DNA of 12,580 bases from Promethearchaeota archaeon (lineage in GTDB: Archaea; Asgardarchaeota; Hermodarchaeia; Hermodarchaeales; Hermodarchaeaceae). The stretch is from positions 1 to 12,580 of the forward strand of contig JBHLPR010000065.1 in NCBI GenBank assembly GCA_048939245.1. Reading direction: 5' to 3'. Shown one piece after another: positions 1-7,822 of the stretch (the stretch's first letter is position 1; the number at the start of each line of letters is the position of its first letter). The position numbers were made by a program, and so were the translations under genes. The notes below the pieces were generated by a model. The model was not told the DNA's origin and did not search any database. It saw only the letters and a program-made list of their open reading frames with translations.

Positions 1-683
1 AACAGAATAGGTCGACCTTGTTTCAAGACGCGATGTCGTCCAGGACGAGAGGCAAAGTCAATAGCTTGAGGAAAATCAATAATCCACGGTTCATTCTTAA
101 ACAGCAGGATATTATATCCCGATAGGTCCCCATGGATAATAAATGCCCGATACATTGCAAAGATGCCTTCCATGGCTTCATCAAACAGTCGTTTAGGAAC
201 TTCAATTTTTGCATCTTTAAGAAGAGGTGCAGGGGTGCCATTTTCCCCCAGAAATCGTGCCGTGAACATATTATCGATATGTCGGGCTGGTGTGGGAACT
301 TTTACACCTGCTCGGAAAGCTCGATCTATAAGCCAAAATTCTCGGGCTGCCCAGTAACTCATGATGTCTTTCGAGAATCCGACTTTTCCTCCACCTTGTT
401 TCTTTCGTTTTCCTTTCTTGGCATGGGGTGTCGCGTAGAGCCGATATACCTTCAGGGCAAGTGGGAAATCCTTCCAATATGCATAAAAGACGGTCGCTTC
501 CTTGCCTGCACTGATAATCCCACTAACATCGGTAGCAAGCTGGGTGGCAATAGCTTCCGCTTGGACAGAGGACAACGTAATTTCAGGCAGATCCTCCAAT
601 CGCCCTCGTTGGTCATCCATCTTACTTATCTGACGCTGCGCGAGACTGCGCTTACTGATATAGGGTGCTGGGTCATTTGGCAC
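1..683 (-). CDS. rio1: RIO1-family atypical Ser/Thr protein kinase (partial, C-terminus runs off the window start)
   Basis: Manual translation of the minus strand gives ISAGKEATVF (P-loop), ALKVYR, YWAAREF, AGVKVPTP, IIHGDLSGYNIL (catalytic loop) and WIIDFPQA (metal-binding loop). Start is GTG 683 (an in-frame TGA lies just upstream) or ATG 620. Absent from the ORF track because there is no stop in the window. Confidence 0.93.
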   Translation of the reverse strand, partial: MPNDPAPYISKRSLAQRQISKMDDQRGRLEDLPEITLSSVQAEAIATQLATDVSGIISAGKEATVFYAYWKDFPLALKVYRLYATPHAKKGKRKKQGGGKVGFSKDIMSYWAAREFWLIDRAFRAGVKVPTPARHIDNMFTARFLGENGTPAPLLKDAKIEVPKRLFDEAMEGIFAMYRAFIIHGDLSGYNILLFKNEPWIIDFPQAIDFASRPGRHRVLKQGRPIL

Positions 684-1024
684 GTTTTTTCAAACTCTAT
701 ATTCTGTTTATGGTTCACCTCTTCCCTTACACCCTGGAACGAATACATGGAGGCAATGAATGCCTTTGTGTATCATGTCCTGAGCTAAGGGTGAGGCAGA
801 TGGTTTCCCTTAAAAAAACGGGTTTAGCTAGTGCCCATCTTCGGAGGCTGCAATTGCAACTGCTCGGAAGACAGAACATGTTTCTTGTGGTAAAATTCGT
901 AAAACCGGCATATTGCAAAACACCTCCAATACATTGTAATCGATTACCCGCGCATTCGGTTCCCTCTTATTTAGATATTTCGATTCTCTCCAAAGATTCT
1001 GCTAGTCTCATCCGCTGGCAATCT

Positions 1025-1034
1025 CCTTATAAAG
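1025..1034 (+). promoter_or_regulatory. TATA-like box (CCTTATAAAG) of the 1056 gene; probably a leaderless transcript
   Basis: TTATAAA is centred about 26 nt upstream of ATG 1056, the archaeal TATA-to-TSS distance. No SD seen. Confidence 0.55.
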
Positions 1035-1055
1035 TATCTTCGTAGACACTAGATA

Positions 1056-1937
1056 ATGGTGCTTCCATTGGATCGGAGTCTTATTTCCGTCCTGGCTGGT
1101 ATATTCACGGTATCTCTGTTTACACTTATAGCCGGAATAACACTAATTGATATTGCCATTCGTATGTGGCTAATCCCTTTGGGGTTCATATTGGCCTGTC
1201 TCATTATCGGTGTGGTTGGTCGACTTCGAGTTCTGCACCTTCTACTTATTTCATTCTTAATCTACTTGGGGCTGATGGTGTTTCTCGCTGTCAGCTCAAC
1301 CCTTAGTGGCTTGGAAGTTCCTCCTCTCTCTTTAGATGCAGTCGTGGACTCATGGTTTGCTTTTCAAAGTTTCGTTAACACAACTATTCCATTTCTTTCC
1401 ATCCTTTCAATTTTCGCAGCAACACTTCAAGAGATGGCTGGAGGGTCATCCATCTTAGCCATCTTCCTAGAATTTTTCGTTGCTTATTTGTTCATTGGCA
1501 TCATTGGATTAATGGTCACAGGAATAGCCGGGCACGTAACGCGTAAACCTGGTCTGTATGTGGCTACTGCCCCTGAACCAACCGCTGAACCACCTGCTTT
1601 TCCAGAACCAACCGCTGCACCGGCTGCTCCGGTCGCTTCAGCTCCCCCTGTTGCACCACAAGGTGCACCAGCACCGCCTGTTCCTCCGACTACGGAAGCA
1701 CCACCAATACCCGCACCTCGCTCTATTGAGGAAGCAACCCCGCCACCTCCTCTGCCATCGAAAGGTGGATCACCTAGTGCCCAAGCAATAGCGGGATTGA
1801 AGGGCAAGGTGAAAAAACATCTGAAAGGAACTGGACAACAAGTTCCAGCAGGCCAGTCACGCTGTCCGCATTGTAATGCTACCATCATTCGTGGTTCACG
1901 ATTCTGCAATGTCTGTCAAAAAGAAATCAAAGGCTAA
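1056..1937 (+). CDS. Multi-pass membrane protein with Pro/Ala-rich linker and C-terminal C4 zinc ribbon
   Basis: About 5 hydrophobic segments in the first ~160 aa, a Pro-rich region (~170-235), then CPHC-x10-CNVC at the C-terminus. Confidence 0.85.
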   Translation: MVLPLDRSLISVLAGIFTVSLFTLIAGITLIDIAIRMWLIPLGFILACLIIGVVGRLRVLHLLLISFLIYLGLMVFLAVSSTLSGLEVPPLSLDAVVDSWFAFQSFVNTTIPFLSILSIFAATLQEMAGGSSILAIFLEFFVAYLFIGIIGLMVTGIAGHVTRKPGLYVATAPEPTAEPPAFPEPTAAPAAPVASAPPVAPQGAPAPPVPPTTEAPPIPAPRSIEEATPPPPLPSKGGSPSAQAIAGLKGKVKKHLKGTGQQVPAGQSRCPHCNATIIRGSRFCNVCQKEIKG

Positions 1938-2002
1938 CTGTTAGATGCTTAGTTAGTTTTTTCGTCTTCAGAAATTTCATCGAAGGAATTGTAAAAATAG
2001 AT

Positions 2003-2064
2003 AACATTTTTATAGGAGAAAAGCGTGTCGAACGCTACTCGGAACTTTAAAAACGTTTCGACAC
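2003..2064 (+). promoter_or_regulatory. Promoter of TFB-1: two TATA-like boxes plus an inverted repeat
   Basis: AACATTTTTATA (2003-2014) and GGAACTTTAAAA (2041-2052). Inverted repeat GTGTCGAA (2025-2032) / TTCGACAC (2057-2064). The same two-box layout recurs before TFB-2. Confidence 0.6.
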
Positions 2065-2214
2065 TACGCACGGGGTTACTCCTCGATTTCACACGCCATC
2101 TCTCACTCTCCCGGCGCCATGGATGCTTTTCATGAGTATTGGAGAGTTTCGTCTGGTTCGATTTCATCTTGTAGTACCTCCCCTTGAATGTTCACCTGAA
2201 TATTAGGAGAGAGT

Positions 2215-3225
2215 GTGCCTCCGTGCATCATCAATATCATTGGTAGAAAACAAATGGCAAATCCTATTCATAATGAATCACTTGCTCACCCCCAACGTCC
2301 AAGGGAGCCCTCCGACGCCGTAATAGTCCACTGTAGCGATTGCGGAACTTCAGAGGTAATTCGTGATCCCGTTCGTGGTGAAGTTATTTGTACAGGCTGC
2401 GGGTTGGTTTTGGATTCTCATATGGTGGACCACGGACCCGAATGGCGAGCATTTACAAGCGAAGAACGTGATGCTCGAGCTCGTACCGGTGCCCCAATCG
2501 ATTATACACGGCATGATAAGGGTTTGAGTACCACCATCGATTGGCGTGATCGTGATGCTAATGGTCGAAAACTTGCTCCAGGACTCCGCGCACAAATCTA
2601 TCGGCTTCGAAAATGGCAAATCCGTACACGAGTCCATTCAAGTATCGACCGAAATCTTGCCCGCGCGATGAGTGAACTCGACCGTATCACCAGTCAGCTT
2701 AGTGTTCCTCGTCCCGTGAAGGAAGCATCAGCGATTTTATATCGCCGAACTGTCGAACGCCATCTCATACGAGGACGTAGCATCGAAGCCATGATTGCAG
2801 CATGTGTTTACGCGGGCTGTCGACTCCGCCAGGTCCCTCGTACGCTAGATGAGATTGCCCATCACAGCCGAATTAATCGGAAGGAACTTGGGCGCTGTTA
2901 CCGGCTTCTTCTTCGCAAACTCGATATGCGTGTACCCATTTCCCAGCCCACGGACTTTGTACCCCGGTTTGCACAAGCGCTTGACCTTTCAAGCCGAGTG
3001 CAACGCCGAGCTATTGAGATTCTCGACAAGGCTAAAGCGCAGGGAATAACTGCAGGTAAGGATCCCACGGGGTTGGCTGCAGCAACCCTCTACATTGCAT
3101 CAATCCAAGAAGGCGAACGACGCACGCAACGGGAAATAGCTGCGGTGGCTCGGGTCACGGAAGTTACTGTCCGGAACCGCTATAAGGAAATGGTGCGGGT
3201 TTTGAACCTCCAGGTCGAAATCTAG
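2215..3225 (+). CDS. tfb: Transcription initiation factor IIB (TFB), paralog 1
   Basis: Zn ribbon CSDC...CTGC, B-reader GPEWRAF and HDKGLST, RLRKWQ, LIRGRS, GKDPTGLAAA, HTH RTQREIA..VTEVTVRNRYKE. Start is GTG 2215 (AGGAG 5 nt upstream) or ATG 2254. Confidence 0.97.
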   Translation: MPPCIINIIGRKQMANPIHNESLAHPQRPREPSDAVIVHCSDCGTSEVIRDPVRGEVICTGCGLVLDSHMVDHGPEWRAFTSEERDARARTGAPIDYTRHDKGLSTTIDWRDRDANGRKLAPGLRAQIYRLRKWQIRTRVHSSIDRNLARAMSELDRITSQLSVPRPVKEASAILYRRTVERHLIRGRSIEAMIAACVYAGCRLRQVPRTLDEIAHHSRINRKELGRCYRLLLRKLDMRVPISQPTDFVPRFAQALDLSSRVQRRAIEILDKAKAQGITAGKDPTGLAAATLYIASIQEGERRTQREIAAVARVTEVTVRNRYKEMVRVLNLQVEI

Positions 3226-3297
3226 CGGACACCGTGGCAGTTCTTCATAGCCTCTCATCCTCTAATAGGTTGTAAGGGTTAGTGTGATAAAAAAGCG

Positions 3298-3354
3298 AAC
3301 ATTTAAATATTTGTTCAACTAGAAAATAAATGGGAACGTTTAAAAGGTTATCGA
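3298..3354 (+). promoter_or_regulatory. Promoter of TFB-2: two TATA-like boxes
   Basis: AACATTTAAATA (3298-3309) and GGAACGTTTAAAAGGTTATCGA (3333-3354), resembling the TFB-1 upstream elements. Confidence 0.6.
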
Positions 3355-3510
3355 TGAGCTATGCGGCGAAACCAATTCTCCCGCTCGATCTTCTAATACA
3401 CCAGGTTCCATATTGAACCTCTTGGTCACCTTGAAACATCATGACATAGTACGCTGGGAACCCTATGTCTCCTAAACTTTCCTAACCATATATTAGGAGA
3501 AAAATAAACG

Positions 3511-4470
3511 ATGGAAGAAAATTCCTCAATCCATGAAAAGCATCGGCACTTTGCAGATTCGCAAGAACACCGCACATGTCCTGAATGTGGTGAAAGAGAT
3601 GTGATACGTGATGAGAGCCGAGGGGAACTAACTTGCGCAAACTGTGGATTAGTTCTAGATGTGAATAGTATTGATTCCGGTCCTGAATGGCGAGCTTTCA
3701 CAACCGAGGAACGTGAAAAACGTGCACGAACGGGAAGTCCCATAAATTATGCTTTACAAGATCATGATCTCAGTACCATGATTGACTGGCGAAACCGGGA
3801 TGCCGCTGGTCGTCAAATCTCCTCCAATCGACGGGCTGAAATCTATCGACTTCGAAAGTGGCAACGTCGGTCGCGGGTGCATTCTAGTATTGAACGCAAT
3901 CTAGCCAGTGCCATGAGTGAATTAGATCGACTAAGTAGCCAATTGGGTGTATCACGTAACGTGAAAGAAACTGCTGCAGTGATGTATCGACGCGCTTTAG
4001 AACGTCGATTGATTCGAGGACGGAGCATTGATGCTATGATTGCGGCAGCAATGTATGCTGCCTGCCGGTTGCGTGAGGCACCTTGTACTCTAGACGAAAT
4101 TGCCCATCATAGTCGTATTAACCGCAAAGAACTTGGGCGCTGTTACCGGCTTCTTCTACGCCGACTTGAGGTCCGGATGCCTGTATCACAGCCCACCAAC
4201 TTCATTCCACGCTTTGCCCAGAGTCTGAATCTAAGCAGCCGGGTCCAACGGCGTGCAGTGAAAATTCTTGAGGATGCTCGAGTCAAAGGCATCACCGCAG
4301 GAAAAGATCCCACCGGGCTAGCTGCATCGGCACTCTATATTTCTGCTATTATGGAAGGCGAGCGACGCACGCAACGGGAAATTGCAGAAATTGCACGTGT
4401 CACCGAAGTCACAGTACGAAATCGTTACAAAGAACTTGTACGCGAACTCGATCTCGCAGTGGAATTTTAG
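3511..4470 (+). CDS. tfb: Transcription initiation factor IIB (TFB), paralog 2
   Basis: CPEC...CANC Zn ribbon, GPEWRAF, two cyclin repeats, VTEVTVRNRYKE. SD-like TAGGAGA at 3494-3500. Confidence 0.97.
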   Translation: MEENSSIHEKHRHFADSQEHRTCPECGERDVIRDESRGELTCANCGLVLDVNSIDSGPEWRAFTTEEREKRARTGSPINYALQDHDLSTMIDWRNRDAAGRQISSNRRAEIYRLRKWQRRSRVHSSIERNLASAMSELDRLSSQLGVSRNVKETAAVMYRRALERRLIRGRSIDAMIAAAMYAACRLREAPCTLDEIAHHSRINRKELGRCYRLLLRRLEVRMPVSQPTNFIPRFAQSLNLSSRVQRRAVKILEDARVKGITAGKDPTGLAASALYISAIMEGERRTQREIAEIARVTEVTVRNRYKELVRELDLAVEF

Positions 4471-4536
4471 TCTGTTCTGGTACAAGCTAGACTAAAATAA
4501 CTGCGCAGAGAAGGAGTTGGCGGAGGCCTATCTTTT

Positions 4537-5058
4537 TTGTCCAAACTGGTACGTTACGAAGAACTCTCCCGCGAAGAACTCCTCACAATCGTCGACATGT
4601 ATGCCAAAAACTGGCTAGCCATCGATGGAACATGGTTTCTTGCTGCTGAAAAGAAATATGATATCGGGACAGCAATAGAACTCGACACCGAATCCTGGCG
4701 TGTATTCTCTCCCATCGAAGCTAAGCGCATAATGAAAGAAATCGGAATCCCACCGAATTCCGGCCTAGACGGTCTAAAGAAAGCCTTACAGTACCGCGTC
4801 TACGCCCGATTGAATCGTCAATCATTTGAAGATATCGATGAGACGAAGTTCATTTTTCGGATGGAGAAATGTCGTGTCCAAGATGCCCGAAAACGAAAAG
4901 GACTCCCAGACTTTCCCTGCAAACCTGTAGGGTTGGTTGAATACGGAGAATTTGCTAAAACCATCGATTCCCGAATTCATACTCGTTGCTTAGGTTGTCC
5001 GCCGGATCCACATCCCGAAGATTGGTGGTGTGCCTGGGAATTTTCACTCAGCGATTGA
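4537..5058 (+). CDS. DUF6125-family protein (Cys-containing, probably metal-binding)
   Basis: Recognised motifs KNWLAIDGTWF, CRVQDARKRKGLPDFPCK and CLGCPPDPHP..WWCAWEF. TTG start with GGAGG about 10 nt upstream. Confidence 0.85.
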   Translation: MSKLVRYEELSREELLTIVDMYAKNWLAIDGTWFLAAEKKYDIGTAIELDTESWRVFSPIEAKRIMKEIGIPPNSGLDGLKKALQYRVYARLNRQSFEDIDETKFIFRMEKCRVQDARKRKGLPDFPCKPVGLVEYGEFAKTIDSRIHTRCLGCPPDPHPEDWWCAWEFSLSD

Positions 5059-5071
5059 ATTTCAACTCCAA

Positions 5072-5115
5072 TACCCACTAACCTAGCTTGAAAGTAGAAC
5101 AGCTAGTTATAGGTA
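5072..5115. terminator. Imperfect hairpin between convergent DUF6125 and mscL; possible terminator
   Basis: CTAGCT (5083-5088) / AGCTAG (5101-5106), flanked by TAA/TTA and TACC/GGTA pairings. Confidence 0.3.
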
Positions 5116-5125
5116 CTTACTTGAA

Positions 5126-5491
5126 TTATTTAATTCCAAGGCGCTTGGTGAGTTTGACGATAATGAAGATAACAAAAGCAACGATGATGAAGGTGATTAG
5201 TTCTTGAATGAATAGTGTTGGAGTGAAACCGATAAGGGTTGATTCCCATCCAACTGAGACGAAGATGAGTGACAGAATAGGTGTTATGAAACTGCTGACT
5301 AGTTGTTGAACGAGTCTGCCAAGATAGATACCCATAATGAAGGCTACAGCAAGTCCCATCACCTTGTATTGATCTAAAAAGTCTTTGAATTCTTCCCAGA
5401 GGTTTTTCTTTTCTTGTGGTGAAGGCGGTGCTGGTACTAGCGCTTCTCGGATTTGTTTCAATTCTTCTAGCATTTGTTCATTAGTTGACAT
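5126..5491 (-). CDS. mscL: Large-conductance mechanosensitive channel MscL family protein
   Basis: EFKDFL..YKVMGLAVAFIMG (S1-TM1), LVSSFITP, FIQELITFIIVAFVIF (TM2). TAGGAG upstream. Confidence 0.9.
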   Translation of the reverse strand: MSTNEQMLEELKQIREALVPAPPSPQEKKNLWEEFKDFLDQYKVMGLAVAFIMGIYLGRLVQQLVSSFITPILSLIFVSVGWESTLIGFTPTLFIQELITFIIVAFVIFIIVKLTKRLGIK

Positions 5492-5650
5492 CTCAATTAC
5501 TCCTATGTAAATGACGTATCTTCCGCAAGCGTTTCAACTAAAAGTCTATGGGTTTTACGGAACCTGGCGGCAATTGCTAATGTTGGTGATTGGAGTAAAG
5601 ATTATACGGGTAAAGGCTTCACTACTCTTCGCGCTTTATCAACAGGTTGA

Positions 5651-6334
<684 letters not shown>

Positions 6335-6340
6335 ATTGGG

Positions 6341-6637
6341 CTAGTCACGTTGTTGAGTTGATGCTGAGCGTTCCCGTTGATCAATCGCCGCAAATAATTG
6401 CAGTTTCTGTTCTCGGTGATTCTTCAAGGCGATTTCGATGTCTTGAAGAAGTGTGGTCATTTCTGTGTCACTTAGTTTGATAGTTTGCGCGTTTCCTTCG
6501 CCATCCGCGATTCGAATGAAGAAGCCGCCTTCACGAACATATCTATCCTTTTTTGTTTCGGGTATAAACCCGTCAACGGTGAGAATGGACGAGATTTTTT
6601 GTTCGAAGAAGTGGACAATTTCAGTAACTTTCGTCAT
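6341..6637 (-). CDS. Small hypothetical protein (beta strands then long helix; possibly PC4/Whirly/PUR-like)
   Basis: 98-aa ORF with protein-like composition. TATA-like CTTTATAAT lies about 35 nt upstream on the minus strand. Ends 6 nt from the tpiA stop. Confidence 0.75.
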   Translation of the reverse strand: MTKVTEIVHFFEQKISSILTVDGFIPETKKDRYVREGGFFIRIADGEGNAQTIKLSDTEMTTLLQDIEIALKNHREQKLQLFAAIDQRERSASTQQRD

Positions 6638-6815
6638 GGTGAGTCACTGATGCTATTGTAGTAAGACATATTATAAAGGGCGCTCTTTTACCCAGTTCTG
6701 CGTTTTCCTTTTCTATCGGACTATTACACGAATTGACTTCGGCAGGCTTTTATGGCGTCTCCCGATTTCTCATATCCAAGAACGAGTATTAGTAAGCATT
6801 ACGGAGTGAAAGAAT

Positions 6816-7331
6816 GTGCGCTGGTTTAAACGAAAAAAGACGAATGAGGTTGAGAAAGCAACTGAACAATCCAAAGAAGCGAAGAATGCAGCCCCTCCTG
6901 CCGATATGGATTCTTTCCCTGAAAGTTCTCTCGTTTCATTGACAAATCCGGTTGAAGCATTTATTCAACAGCTCGATGGGTTTCTCACCACTCCTGAGAT
7001 AAGTGCGAAAACTAAGGCATTGCAGGACACTCGGTTACAACTTATTGTGGGTGGCGACTCTCTTCTGATGAAAAAGGAAGGCGTGTTCCCAATGGGCTTA
7101 TCCCTCGAACGGAGCGTCCAGGCTGATGTCTTCATTCGGATATCCGAAGAAGCAGCTGGCGTCTTGGCGATGACCACAACGCTCCCTGATTTCAAAAAAG
7201 CGTATAAGAAAATGGTCGGTGCCAAAGGTGAAGCTTCTTATGTTACCATCAAGCTCCACACCCCATTAGAAGATCTCCGAGCAAAGGGATACTTCAGTGT
7301 GGAACTCCTCCGAATTCTCATTGATGCTTAA
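6816..7331 (+). CDS. Hypothetical protein, possibly SCP2 (sterol/lipid carrier)-like fold
   Basis: 171 aa, GTG start with GGAG upstream. The ADVFIRISEEA motif after a beta meander resembles SCP2. Its stop overlaps the convergent gene stop (TTAA, 7328-7331). Confidence 0.75.
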   Translation: MRWFKRKKTNEVEKATEQSKEAKNAAPPADMDSFPESSLVSLTNPVEAFIQQLDGFLTTPEISAKTKALQDTRLQLIVGGDSLLMKKEGVFPMGLSLERSVQADVFIRISEEAAGVLAMTTTLPDFKKAYKKMVGAKGEASYVTIKLHTPLEDLRAKGYFSVELLRILIDA

Positions 7332-7723
7332 TATGCCAAAATAAGCCATTTGGTAACCGCTTGGGTCAATGCCGTGGCTTGCTCATTATTCCAAAGCTGA
7401 TCAATAGCTTCATATCGACTGTTTGGAATTACAATCTCAGGCGGATCTGAAAACCGGATAATCTGAATTAATCCCATGACGGTCTTTTCTGGTCGAGTGT
7501 TCAATGTTATCGCAGTTAGATAGAGCGTTTGTTGAGGGTGTTCGATAAGATTCCAACGAGTAAGCTCTTTGTTCAAATTAGAAATCGCTATATTGGCTTT
7601 AGCGACGATAAACGCTGGAAGCTCAAGTTTATTTTCAGGAGTTTCACATACCAGCAACTTCTTCTCATCAACAATAATTCCAATCCCTGCGGCGAGAAGA
7701 GTTGACGGAGCCAATTCAATCAC
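7328..7723 (-). CDS. Nudix-fold-like protein with degenerate Nudix box
   Basis: AAGIGIIVDEKKLLVC...LELP follows the Nudix N-terminal strand pattern. The box region reads LPAFIVAKANIAISNLNKELTRW. Confidence 0.7.
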   Translation of the reverse strand: MIELAPSTLLAAGIGIIVDEKKLLVCETPENKLELPAFIVAKANIAISNLNKELTRWNLIEHPQQTLYLTAITLNTRPEKTVMGLIQIIRFSDPPEIVIPNSRYEAIDQLWNNEQATALTQAVTKWLILAY

Positions 7724-7822
7724 CTTTGATGATACAAGTATATTCTCCTACAAGAAACTCTAGGTCGAGTAGTGCCTTTTTAATCCCATGAGACCTGTGT
7801 ACTATACTAGACGGCTGGTTTA

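Noticed and set aside
132-788. 218-aa plus-strand ORF (and small ORFs 23-241, 163-357, 271-477)
   Set aside because: Antisense or off-frame shadows of the clearly motif-bearing RIO1 gene.
718-873. H/ACA guide or SECIS interpretation of the hairpins (AGA at 798, ACA at 871, ATGA on the minus strand)
   Set aside because: No tandem GA/GA K-turn or SECIS core, the second hairpin is too short, no in-frame UGA gene nearby, and no target recognised.
665-1045. 126-aa plus ORF and 727-918 minus ORF
   Set aside because: No recognisable motifs. They span the divergent promoter and hairpin region.
1572-1625. PTAP-like ESCRT-I late-domain motifs (PEPTAEP, PEPTAAP)
   Set aside because: Neither is an exact P(T/S)AP, and near-matches are expected in Pro/Ala-rich sequence.
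1484-1909. Gly-rich 141-aa minus ORF
   Set aside because: Antisense of Pro codons in the real gene.
1949-2167. 72-aa minus ORF
   Set aside because: Overlaps the TFB-1 promoter and leader elements that recur before TFB-2; no motifs.
2215-4470. Tandem tfb as an assembly artefact
   Set aside because: The copies differ at about 27% of aligned residues and have distinct flanks.
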